Source: Macrostomum lignano
Lineage: Eukaryota
Assembly (NCBI GenBank): GCA_002269645.1
Contig: NIVC01000440.1
Coordinates: 310,001-374,000, forward strand
Direction: 5' to 3'
DNA: 64,000 nt
In this document: positions 29,708-41,910 of the stretch, piece by piece
Layout: every line of letters starts with the position of its first letter
Position numbering within the stretch: the first letter of the stretch is position 1
The notes under the pieces: model-generated
What the model was told of the DNA's origin: nothing
The model's input: the letters and a program-made list of their open reading frames with translations, nothing else
Databases searched by the model: none
Made by a program: the position numbers and the translations under genes

Positions 29708-31692
29708 GAAATCTGAGCTAACTAACAGTGTGCTAATGATTGAGTACAGGAATCTGAGCTAACTAACAGTGTGCTAATGATTGAGTACAGGAATCTGAGT
29801 AACTAACAGTGTGCTAATGATTGAGTACAGGAATCTGAGCTAATTAACAGTGTGCTAATGATTGAGTACAGGAATCTGAGCTACTTAACAGTGTGCTAAT
29901 GATTGAGTACAGGAATCTGACCTAATTACCAGTGTGCTAATGATTGAGTACAGGAATCTGACCTAATTACCAGTGTGCTAATGATTGAGTACAGGAATCT
30001 GAGCTAATTAACAGTGTGCTAATGATTGAGTACAGGAATCTGAGTAACTAACAGTGTGCTAATGATTGAGTACAGGAATCTGAGCTAACTAACAGTGTGC
30101 TAATGATTGAGTACAGGAATCTGAGCTAACTATCACTGTGCTAATGATTGAGTACAGGAATCTGAGCTAACTATCACTGTGCTAATGATTGAGTACAGGA
30201 ATCTGAGCTAATTAACAGTGTGCTAATGATTGAGTACAGGAATCTGAGCTACTTAACAGTGTGCTAATGATTGAGTACAGGAATCTGAGCTAACTAACAG
30301 TGTGCTAATGATTGAGTACAGGAATCTGAGCTAACTAACAGTGTGCTAATGATTGAGTACAGGAATCTGAGCTAACTAACACTGTGCTAATGATTGAGTA
30401 CAGGAATCTGAGCTAACTAACAGTGTGCTAATGATTGAGTACAGGAATCTGAGCTAACTAACAGTGTGCTAATGATTGAGTACAGGAATCTGAGCTAATT
30501 AACAGTGTGCTAATGATTGAGTACAGGAATCTGAGCTAATTAACAGTGTGCTAATGATTGAGTACAGGAATCTGAGCTAACTAACAGTGTGCTAATGATT
30601 GAGTACAGGAATCTGAGCTAATTAACAGTGTGCTAATGATTGAGTACAGGAATCTGAGCTAATTAACAGTGTGCTAATGATTGAGTACAGGAATCTGAGC
30701 TAATTAACAGTGTGCTAATGATTGAGTACAGGAATCTGAGCTAACTAACAGTGTGCTAATGATTGAGTACAGGAATCTGAGCTAATTAACAGTGTGCTAA
30801 TGATTGAGTACAGGAATCTGAGCTAACTAACAGTGTGCTAATGATTGAGTACAGGAATCTGAGCTAATTAACAGTGTGCTAATGATTGAGTACAGGAATC
30901 TGAGCTAACTAACAGTGTGCTAATGATTGAGTACAGGAATCTGAGCTAATAACCAGTGTGCTAATGATCGAGTACAGGAATCTGAGCTAATTACCAATGT
31001 GCTAATGATTGAGTACAGGAATCTGAGCTAATTAACAGTGTGCTAATGATTGAGTACAGGAATCTGAGCTAATAACCAGTGTGCTAATGATTGAGTACAG
31101 GAATCTGAGCTAATTACCAGTGTGCTAATGATTGAGTACAGGAATCTGAGCTAATAACCAGTGTGCTAATGATTGAGTACAGGAATCTGAGCTAATTACC
31201 AATGTGCTAATGATTGAGTACAGGAATCTGAGCTAATAACCAGTGTGCTAATGATTGAGTACAGGAATCTGAGCTAATAACCAGTGTGCTAATGATTGAG
31301 TACAGGAATCTGAGCTAATTAACAGTGTGCTAATGATTGAGTACAGGAATCTGAGCTAATAACCAGTGTGCTAATGATTGAGTACAGGAATCTGAGCTAA
31401 TAACCAGTGTGCTAATGATTGAGTACAGGAATCTGAGCTAATAACCAGTGTGCTAATGATTGAGTACAGGAATCTGAGCTAATTACCAGTGTGCTAATGA
31501 TTGAGTACAGGAATCTGAGCTAATTAACAGTGTGCTAATGATTGAGTACAGGAATCTGAGCTAATAACCAGTGTGCTAATGATTGAGTACAGGAATCTGA
31601 GCTAATAACCAGTGTGCTAATGATTGAGTACAGGAATTTGAGCTAATTAACAGTGTGCTAATGATTGAGTACAGGAATCTGACCTAATTAAC
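29708..31692. repeat. 41-bp minisatellite GAGCTAACTAACAGTGTGCTAATGATTGAGTACAGGAATCT
   Basis: About 48 units; variation is confined to the AACTAAC/ATTAAC/ATAACC segment. Confidence 0.98.
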
Positions 31693-32719
31693 GGTTGCTC
31701 AAAAACCCTATAAATCTAGCAAGCAATGCATGTGAGGACAAGAGAAGAAATGAAGGACAAATCTTACTAACGAGCATCCCACACAATCGATTAGGTCAGA
31801 AAAAAATGAGTTCAAAGCATCGATTGCCCCCTGATATTCGATTCTTTTCAAGATGAAAGAAGAGGTGAAGCCGCTCTCCTGCCAGCTATCCGACCCACTC
31901 GCTGCTCAACGGTAAAAATAGCGAATGAATTTCGGTTTCGAATTTCTCAACTCTCCATCAGTCGAACACGCAGCATCTCCTCTCTCAGCACTCGAGTAAT
32001 CCAAGCGTGATCGAGCCGGGTTTAACTTGGGTGGGCCAAGTTTACTGCTCTGGCATTCCCAATAGTCTGCTGCTTCCATGCGTCTTTTAACTTGGCAAAA
32101 GCAGCTGTCAATTTCCCAGCTGCAGGAGTAGACTGGGAAAGTCAAACAGTAATCTCTCTCCACTTCTAGAGACGGCCGGGGGCAGCTCAGGAAAGAGAGC
32201 CCCGAAACTCTTGACTAGCTCGAAGGTTTTTCTGCTTCTGTTCGAGTGGGGAAAACAGCAAAATGCTCTTTTTGGTCGGCTTCACTCCGGAGAGCTGCAT
32301 GCTTGAAAACAAAAGTATTGTTGAAAAAAGCTTTCAGAGAATCGCTTGCAGCTCAGGATGCAGCGCTTGTCTGTCTGATTGCCTTTCTTCAAAATAGAAG
32401 CTATTCTTCTTCAAAAGAAAACAGTTTTTGCTCTCAATTAGCGCTAATTGGAAGCAGCGAAGTGCTGAGGTGCAGGTGACCTTGTATGGGACAGTGCATG
32501 GTTGCACCGGGACTCAAAGGTTTCTCGGGGATTTTTTTTGCTACGGAATCCTGAGCACGGTGGCTTGAGAAGTCCTGGTCAGACAGCCATCCCTGCGGCC
32601 GGGTCAGATTGCTGGTCCCTCTGGATTTTTATGGCTTTGAATACTCCGGATCTGCAGATCTGCATGCGAAACCATGAGAAGAGAAAGTTTTTCTGAGTGA
32701 CTGTTGGTTCAGGTAACTG

Positions 32720-34537
32720 GGTGAGAGTTGCAGTGAGTGTTATAGAGACAGTTACCCTGAAAGTTGCGGTGAGAGTGAGAGTGAGAGTTACAGTGAGAGT
32801 GAAAGTGAGCGTTGCAGTGAGAGTTGCAGTGAGAGTTGCCGTGAGAGTTGCAGTAAGAGTTGCAGTGAGAGTTGCAGTGAGAGTGAGAGTGAGAATTACA
32901 GTGAGAGTGAAAATGAGCGTTGCAGTGAGAGTTGCAGTAAGAGTTGCAGTGAGAGTTGCAGTAAGAGTTGCAGTGAGAGTTGCAGTAAGAGTTGCAGTGA
33001 GAGTTCCAGTGAGAGTTACAGTGAGAGTTACAGTGAGAGTTTGAGTGAGAGTTTGAGTGAGAGTTGCAGTAAGAGTTGCTGTGAGAGTTACAGTGAGAAT
33101 TTGAGTGAGAGTTGCAGTGAGAGTTGCAGTAAGAGTTGCAGTGAGAGTTACAGTGAGAGTTACAGTGAGAGTTACAGTGAGAGTTTGAGTGAGAGTTTGA
33201 GTGAGAGTTGCAGTAAGAGTTGCAGTGAGAGTTACAGTGAGAGTTGCAGTGAGAGTTTGAGTGAGAGTTGCAGTAAGAGTTGCAGTGAGAGTTACAGTGA
33301 GAGTGAAAGTGAGAGTTGCAGTAAGAGTTGCAGTGAGAGTTGCAGTGAGAGTTGCCGTGAGAGTTGCAGTAAGAGTTGCAGTGAAAGTTACAGTGAGAGT
33401 TTGAGTGAGAGTTTGAGTGAGAGTTGCAGTAAGAGTTGCAGTGAGAGTTACAGTGAGAGTTGCAGTGAGAGTTGCAGTGAGAGTTGCAGTGAGAGTTTGA
33501 GTGAGAGTTGCAGTGAGAGTTGCAGTGAGAGTGAGAGTGAGAGTTCCAGTGAGAGTTACAGTGAGAGTTACAGTGGGAGTTTGAGTGAGAGTTTGAGTGA
33601 GAGTTGCAGTAAGAGTTGCAGTGAGAGTTACAGTGGGAGTTTGAGTGAGAGTTTGAGTGAGAGTTGCAGTAAGAGTTGCAGTGAGAGTTACAGTGAGAAT
33701 TTGAGTGAGAGTTGCAGTGAGAGTTGCAGTAAGAGTTGCTGTGAGAGTTACAGTGAGAATTTGAGTGAGAGTTGCAGTGAGAGTTGCAGTGAGAGTTGCA
33801 GTGAGAGTGAGAGTGAGAGTTGCAGTGAGAGTTGCAGTGAGAGTTGCAGTGAGAGTGAGAGTGAGAGTTGCAGTGAGAGTTGCAGTGAGAGTGAGAGTGA
33901 GAATTACAGTGAGAGTGAAAATGAGCGTTGCAGTGAGAGTTGCAGTAAGAGTTGCAGTGAGAGTTGCAGTAAGAGTTGCAGTGAGAGTTGCAGTAAGAGT
34001 TGCAGTGAGAGTTCCAGTGAGAGTTACAGTGAGAGTTTGAGTGAGAGTTTGAGTGAGAGTTGCAGTAAGAGTTGCTGTGAGAGTTACAGTGAGAATTTGA
34101 GTGAGAGTTGCAGTGAGAGTTGCAGTAAGAGTTACAGTGAGAGTTACAGTGAGAGTTTGAGTGAGAGTTTGAGTGAGAGTTTGAGTGAGAGTTGCAGTAA
34201 GAGTTGCTGTGAGAGTTACAGTGAGAATTTGAGTGAGAGTTGCAGTGAGAGTTGCAGTAAGAGTTGCAGTGAGAGTTACAGTGAGAGTTACAGTGAGAGT
34301 TACAGTGAGAGTTTGAGTGAGAGTTTGAGTGAGAGTTTGAGTGAGAGTTGCAGTAAGAGTTGCTGTGAGAGTTACAGTGAGAATTTGAGTGAGAGTTGCA
34401 GTGAGAGTTGCAGTAAGAGTTGCAGTGAGAGTTGCAGTAAGAGTTGCAGTGAGAGTTACAGTGAGAGTTGCAGTGAGAGTGAGAGTGAGAGTTACAGTGA
34501 GAGTGAGAGTTGCAGTGAGAGTTGCAGTAAGAGTTAC

Positions 34538-34570
<33 letters not shown>

Positions 34571-35015
34571 TACAGTTACAGTGAGAGTTACAGTGAGAGT
34601 TACAGTGAGAGTTACAGTTAGAGTTACAGTGAGAGTTACAGTGAGAGTGAGAGTGAGAGTTGCAGTGAGAGTTACAGTGAGAGTTACAGTGAGAGTTACA
34701 GTGAGAGTTACAGTGAGAGTTACAGTGAGAGTTACAGTGAGAGTTACAGTGAGAGTTACAGTGAGAGTTACAGTGAGAGTTACAGTGAGAGTTACAGTGA
34801 GAGTTACAGTGAGAGTTACAGTGAGAGTTACAGTGAGAGTTACAGTGAGAGTTGCAGTAAGAGTTACAGTGAGAGTTACAGTGAGAGTTACAGTGAGAGT
34901 TGCAGTGAGAGTTACAGTGAGAGTTACAGTGAGAGTTACAGTGAGAGTTGCAGTGAGAGTTACAGTGAGAGTTACAGTGAGAGTGAGAGTTGCAGTGAGA
35001 GTTGCAGTTAGAGTG

Positions 35016-35050
<35 letters not shown>

Positions 35051-35141
35051 TACAGTGAGAGTTACAGTGAGAGTTGCAGTGAGAGTTACAGTGAGAGTTA
35101 CAGTGAGAGTGAGAGTTGCAGTGAGAGTTGCAGTTAGAGTG

Positions 35142-35176
<35 letters not shown>

Positions 35177-35303
35177 TACAGTGAGAGTTACAGTGAGAGT
35201 TGCAGTGAGAGTTACAGTGAGAGTTACAGTGAGAGTTACAGTGAGAGTTGCAGTGAGAGTTACAGTGAGAGTGAGAGTTGCAGTGAGAGTTGCAGTTAGA
35301 GTG

Positions 35304-35338
<35 letters not shown>

Positions 35339-35353
35339 TACAGTGAGAGTTGC

Positions 35354-35386
<33 letters not shown>

Positions 35387-35465
35387 TACAGTGAGAGTTG
35401 CAGTGAGAGTTACAGTGAGAGTTACAGTGAGAGTGAGAGTTGCAGTGAGAGTTGCAGTTAGAGTG

Positions 35466-35500
<35 letters not shown>

Positions 35501-35717
35501 TACAGTGAGAGTTACAGTGAGAGTTGCAGTGAGAGTTACAGTGAGAGTTACAGTGAGAGTGAGAGTTGCAGTGAGAGTTGCAGTTAGAGTGGGAGTGAGA
35601 GTGAGAGTGAGCGTGAGAGTGAGAGTTACAGTGAGAGTTACAGTGAGAGTTGCAGTGAGAGTTACAGTGAGAGTTACAGTGAGAGTGAGAGTTACAGTGA
35701 GAGTTACAGTGAGAGTG

Positions 35718-35752
<35 letters not shown>

Positions 35753-35951
35753 TACAGTGAGAGTTGCAGTGAGAGTTACAGTGAGAGTTACAGTAAGAGT
35801 TACAGTGAGAGTTACAGTGAGAGTTACAGTGAGAGTTGCAGTGAGAGTTACAGTGAGAGTTACAGTGAGAGTTACAGTGAGAGTTGCAGTGAGAGTTACA
35901 GTGAGAGTTACAGTGAGAGTGAGAGTTGCAGTGAGAGTTGCAGTTAGAGTG

Positions 35952-35986
<35 letters not shown>

Positions 35987-36077
35987 TACAGTGAGAGTTA
36001 CAGTGAGAGTTGCAGTGAGAGTTACAGTGAGAGTTACAGTGAGAGTGAGAGTTGCAGTGAGAGTTGCAGTTAGAGTG

Positions 36078-36112
<35 letters not shown>

Positions 36113-36203
36113 TACAGTGAGAGTTACAGTGAGAGTTGCAGTGAGAGTTACAGTGAGAGTTACAGTGAGAGTGAGAGTTACAGTGAGAGTTACAGTGAGA
36201 GTG

Positions 36204-36238
<35 letters not shown>

Positions 36239-36318
36239 TACAGTGAGAGTTACAGTGAGAGTGAGAGTGAGAGTTACAGTGAGAGTTACAGTGAGAGTTA
36301 CAGTGAGAGTTACAGTGA
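32720..36318. repeat. 3.6-kb 12-bp/6-bp satellite GAGAGTT(A/G)CAGT / GAGAGT with higher-order blocks
   Basis: Generates the non-coding SESC and VRVT ORFs. Confidence 0.98.
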
Positions 36319-36914
36319 TCGAGACTTGGGTTACAGTATCAACAGTCTATGTTTGACAGTAGCAAGTGAAATAACAGCAAGCTGTCAGAATTCACACAAT
36401 ACCAACCAGATACCAGATAAAAGTACTTTTGCAGCATTAGCAAGCCAGCGTCACGAATCGTCTAGCAAGCATTCTGAGTCTGTTAGCAGCAACTGCACAA
36501 GGCTTTTGTTGGGATTTTTTCCCTTCCCAAATTGCGCCGCTCCCCCCCCCCGCTCTGTCTCTCGGGGAACGGGCCCATGTAGCAGGGCAGAAGCTGGTAT
36601 GTTTATGAATTGGCTTGGGGCTGAATTACATTAGCAAAATATAAGTGCAGCTGCAATCTGGAAAGTTCAGCATGTTCTGTTTTGGAAAAAACGCAAGTCA
36701 AAAGCATATCTGTCGATAATATATAGAAACATATTTAATTATCAATAGGTGTTCGCAAAGAGCTCGAGTGTTGTAAATAATAACCATAACTCCAATCTAA
36801 ACATTATGGATTTACCGATACTGATGGAGTGCCAGCCCAGGAAGCTGAGCGTTTCTTGGAGTGCTACTACACCAAATTTACTACTGTGCGAGTTTAGCTG
36901 TAAGTAGTACAACT

Positions 36915-36934
36915 CTCTCTTTCTCATTCACTCA

Positions 36935-37008
<74 letters not shown>

Positions 37009-37116
37009 GCCCTGACGAAGAAATTTAATTTCGAAATATCGGCTACTCAATTTAAATTGACTTTTTTCAGTCCTTTCTGACTTTCTACCGTGTCAGTGCC
37101 CGAGATTGGAGGCGCC

Positions 37117-37188
<72 letters not shown>

Positions 37189-37630
37189 ACTCTCTCTCAT
37201 TCACTCTCTCATTCACTCGCTCTCTCATTCTCTCTCTCATTCACTGTCTCTCATTCACTCTCTCACTCACTCTCTTTCATTCACTCACTCTTTCACTCTC
37301 CCTCATTCACTCTCTCATTCACTCGCTCTCTCATTCTCTCTCTCATTCACTGTCTCTCATTCACTCTCTCACTCACTCTCTTTCATTCACTCACTCTTTC
37401 ACTCTCTCTCTCATTCACTCTCTCTCATTCACTCACTCATTCACTCTCTCTCTCATTCACTCACTCTTTCACATTCTCTCTCATTCACTCACTCTTTCAC
37501 ACGCTCTCTCATTCACTCTCTCATTCACTCTCTCTCATTCACTCTCTCTCATTCTCTCTCATTCTCTCTCTCTCATTCACTCTCTCATTCACTCTCTCTC
37601 ATTTACTCTCTCTCTCATTCATTCCCTCAT

Positions 37631-37709
<79 letters not shown>

Positions 37710-37728
37710 CACTGTCTCTCTCACTCTC
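36915..37728. repeat. (CT)n and CT-rich (CATTCACTCT) tracts at 36915-37003 and 37119-37728
   Basis: Read directly; each tract ends in a YAG. Confidence 0.95.
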
Positions 37729-38225
37729 AGCAAAGAAATATCCAAGTGACTCTGGGGTGACTGTGTTGTCTGTACGGTAAGTGTACACAGTACAGTACAG
37801 TTGATCCATCGTATCCTGTTCTTGTCGAGAAAGTTAAGCATTGGTGGTAAACAATTTTACTGGGTGGTGGCTACGTGTGAAAATAGCTCGCTAGCACTGT
37901 CGGGCTACCTAGCAACACATTGAGTTGGGAGGTAGATGTACTTTTCCATAGGAAAATCTAACTGAGTAGAATCTAGTGCTTTCCCATGCTAGTGCAATCT
38001 GAGTCTAAAAATAGCACGCAGACACAGCTAAAAGTCTTTTTTTAGCACACATCGTCAGTAAACGTCATACAATGCAAGATTTATTTAAAGATGTTGTCGT
38101 TTGCACAAGGGAGGCTCAGAAACTGCACTACATATACTGAGTATGCAGGTGAGGCTAGTGAGGCCAAGATTCAGTGTGCTCTGCAACATTGAAGTGTAAC
38201 TTTCAGAGAGGCTAATAAACTCAGT

Positions 38226-40046
38226 ATGGTAATCGAATACGACAGCTGCTTGGAAGCCGTGCTCAACAATGTGCACTCCGGCTGCTCAGTCATGGTTGGC
38301 GGCTTCGGTCACTGCGGCTCGCCCGAAGGCCTGCTGGCTCAGGTGCTGCAGAGCGGCGCCGAAGGCCTGACGCTGATCTCGGGCACTGGGGGCAGTCCGG
38401 ACTCTGGGCTCGGCCGGCTCATATCAAGGCGTCGGGTGCAAAGTCTGCTCACCACCTACATTGGCGCCAACCGCGAGATCTACCAGCGTCACCTGCTGGG
38501 CCAGCTGGAGCTGCAGCTCCTGCCGCAGGGCACCTTCGCCGAGAGGATCCGGGCTGGCGGCTCCGGGCTGGCGGCCTTCTACACCCGCGCCGGCGTTGGC
38601 ACCGCCATCGCAAACGGCGGCGTGCCGCTCCGATACGGACCCGACGGCGGCGTTCTGGAGGTCACCGCGGCAAAGGAGACGCGCCTGTTCGACGGGGTGG
38701 AGCACGTGCTCGAGACGGCGCTGAAAGCCGATGTCGCCCTGGTGAAGGCCTGGCGCGCCGACCGGGCCGGCAACCTGCAGTTCCGGATGTCGGCGAACAA
38801 CTTCAACGGGATCATGTGCCAGGCGGCTCGGGTCGCCATCGCCGAGGTCGAAGAGATTGTCGACTGCGGACAGTTGCCAGCGGACCAGATCCACGTGCCC
38901 TCGGTGTTCGTGCAGGGCCTGGTGCTGGCGGAGAAGCAGCGGCCGGAGGCGAGGCGAGTGCTGAAGCGGGCGACCTCGCGCCAGCAGCAGCCGGCGTTGA
39001 TGACCATCGCTCGCCGAGTCGCCGCCGAGTTCAAGGCTGACAGCTTCGCGAACGTCGGCCTGGGCATCCCGATGCTGGCCGCCAGCTGCGTGCCACGCGG
39101 CCTGAACGTCTTCCTGCACTCGGAGAACGGGGTGCTCGGCCTGGGCCCCTACCCCAGCTCGGAGGCGGACTTCGATCCGGACCTCATCAACGCCAGTCGG
39201 GAGAGCGTCACGCTTCGGCCCGGGGCGGTCTGCTTTGATTCGGCCACCAGCTTTGCCATTGTGAGCGGCGGCCATCTCAGCATGACTGTGCTGGGCGCTA
39301 CTCAGGTAGAAAAATCCTTGCTACTACTAGTAATATGTAAAATTAAAAACGAGTATTTTACGCGTAAATCTACCAGCGTCGAGCGTATATGGGTTAAGCG
39401 GACTTCTCAAGTAAGTCTCTACTTAAGATGTCCTTGTACTGTAATTGGGTAACAACTCTGGGAAGCACACAGGTTAGAAATACAGTACAGAGTGCAAGTT
39501 GCAACCCCCATCACAGACTCAGTACAGTACGTCTATCAGGCATAAATTACGAGTATATTATTTTGAAATTCTCTAAAAATCTGGTTCATAATGTAGTTGT
39601 TAGCATGCTGCACGACGGCAGTGGCAGAATTGGCATCAACCTCATTTTATCTGAATTTCCCCCTTCAGGTGTCGCAATTCGGCGACATCGCCAACTGGAT
39701 CATCCCTGGCGCAGCCGCCGTCGGCATGGGCGGCGCCATGGAGCTGGTCAGCTGCGGCATCCGCGTGGTGGTCGCCATGCGCCACTGCACTGTGAATGGC
39801 CAGCCAAAAATCCTGTCCAGCTGCACCCTGCCACTGACTGGCAGACGCTGCGTCGATCTCATAGTGACGGACCTGGCGGTGTTCTCCGTGGACAAGAACC
39901 GCGGCCTGACCCTGCTGGAGCTGGCGGACGGTGTAACAGTGAGCCAAGTGGCCGCCTGTACAGACTGCCATTTCGCAATCTCCGACTCTGTGCAACCCAT
40001 GAAACAGGTGGTTGACTGCACTACTAGCGAGCTGGCACGAGTTTGA
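38226..40046 (+). CDS. OXCT1: Succinyl-CoA:3-oxoacid CoA-transferase (SCOT, family I, fused alpha/beta), divergent; exons 38226-39305 and 39669-40046
   Basis: Contains VGGFGHCGSPE, PQGTFAERIRAGGSG, KAWRADRAGNL, IHVPSVFV, NVGLGIP, catalytic HSENGVLG and GMGGAMELV. The phase-0 intron is CAG|gtagaa..ttcag|GTG. Confidence 0.92.
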
Positions 40047-40110
40047 ACACTTTTCTTGGTGTTGGATTCATACTTTGTAATGCGATTTCATATTTGCGTC
40101 AGATACTACT

Positions 40111-40560
40111 TATAGTCACAGAATAACTAAATGGGCCACTCAGGCATCTTAGTAAATAAGTAAAACAGCTTTTTACTTCCAGTTCAGTAGCAAAGACGAA
40201 TACATAAGCTATTTTATAAAAATAAAGGCTGCTTAAACGACTTTGATAAGTTTAGAAGCCCAAAGCTTGCAGGCGTAAACAACTTGCTAATTGGTTCAGC
40301 AATAATGTACATTAGCCAGTCCACTGAAATGTACATGGCAGCTTTAGGCTGGAATTCCGAGAAAGGCAATAAAAATTGGGGGTGGTGTGGAAAGGCGCCG
40401 TTGGAAGGGTTTTTAGCTGGGGGGGGGGGGGTAAGAGCCAATAAATTGAGCCTTGGCTTTAAAATACATTAAAACGCTTCTGTTTAACTTACTACTGAAC
40501 TGAAAGTAGCTTACACGCAAATGTGCTGAGTGGCCCATCCAGTTATCTAGTATCTGTGCT
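40111..40560. mobile_element. MITE-like element with about 80-bp imperfect inverted arms; a related arm lies at 60221-60300
   Basis: TAACTAAATGGGCCACTCAG and TACTTCCAGTTCAGTAG on the left are near reverse complements of CTGAGTGGCCCATCCAGTTA and CTACTGAACTGAAAGTA on the right. No TSD was established. Confidence 0.5.
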
Positions 40561-41589
40561 TACAGTAGACAATAAGTGTACAGCTGTACAGAAATAAATA
40601 AATCAAATACTGCAACGCTTTGTTCGAATTTAGTTGTTAATAACAAAAAACTGGATTTAAGATTGTTTTGGCCATAAAAAACCCGAACTGCCAAGTTCCC
40701 GAACACTGTCGTGTATTACATGCAGCATATACTACTGTTAATAGAATGCGCAAATTCCGCGCATCGAAGATTAATTCAGGGCTCCAATACAGTTGCTTAA
40801 AAAATCCACGAAAATATGCTCTTCAAAAATAGTAGGAGAAAGAGACACGATATTACTGTATTATTCATAAAGCAACACCCCAGTATTGTGGGGTGTGAAA
40901 GCTTTTGATGGTGCTGCTGGGCATCAAACACTAAACAGTTTTGGCAGCGCGATATGCTTGCAATTATTGCACCAAAGGATTGGGGGCAAAACTATAAATA
41001 TGAGCAGATTGAAAACAGATAATCTTATATATTATTAATAAACTGTCTGTAACGTGCAGCAATTTTAAACAAGACAATAACAAAAATTCCGATTGCATCC
41101 AGATATGCAATTCGCACAGTTGTACTATTAATAATAACACTCGAACAGTAAAAATATGGAAGTGCAGATCCTGTTCAGCAGTTCCAATATAAAGCCACAA
41201 CTTTGCCACCAAAACGAATTCCAAACGTATTAAGAAAAATACTCAAACATGAGTAAGCAAAAAACAATAAAATCTTATCTTTCTCAATCTACAGTACATT
41301 CTACAATGTACATAGGATGACTCGTACATGTCATGTACATACAATTTAGCATATTCCTGACTGCCAAAGGAAAAATTTTCTAGCTTCGTATTGTACATTG
41401 TAGGAATCTCCTATGTACACAACAATATCTTCAAGTACATGGAGTACATCTATTATTTTAACAATATAAATCAGTATTAGGCGTTAGTTCCACAAATTCT
41501 ATCAGCATCAACGCATTAAATACAGAGCTAGCGTAGGTAAAAATGCTGCAGTAAGTCATTTGATAATCAAAACTAATCAATTTTTCTGT

Positions 41590-41910
41590 CTGATCTACCT
41601 GCCTACCAACGTACCTATAAACCTGCCTTCTAAACTACCTACAATCCTGCCTACCAAACTATTTATCTACTAACCAACCTACCTACCGACCTATCTACCA
41701 ACCTACATGACCTACCTACCTGACCAACCTACCAACCAACCTACCAACCTACCTAACTGATCAACCTATCTACCTACCTGACCAACCTACCAACCTACGT
41801 TCCAGCCTACCTAACAACTTACCTACCTACCTGATCAACCTGCCTACCTACCAACCTACCTGACCAACCCAACAACCTACCTACCTGACCAACCTACCTA
41901 CTACCAACCT
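41590..41910. repeat. Degenerate (ACCT/ACCA)n microsatellite at the FLCN 3' end
   Basis: Read directly. Confidence 0.9.

Noticed and set aside
29708-31692. CRISPR-like regular repeats here and in other 29-49-bp arrays
   Set aside because: Units are head-to-tail with no unique spacers, there are no cas genes, and the context is eukaryotic.
33041-36356. 526-aa and 655-aa ORFs (SESC, VRVT)
   Set aside because: They are stop-free frames of a 12-bp satellite, open in overlapping frames with no unique domain.
36780-37776. Upstream coding exons for SCOT (donors at 36900 and 37777, acceptors near 37008 and 37730)
   Set aside because: The splice signals are plausible, but the joined frames hit stops and give no presequence; they may be UTR exons.
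38424-39275. Long antisense ORFs over SCOT, and similar ones over FLCN, GPCR and GSTO exons
   Set aside because: They are shadow ORFs of GC-rich coding sequence.
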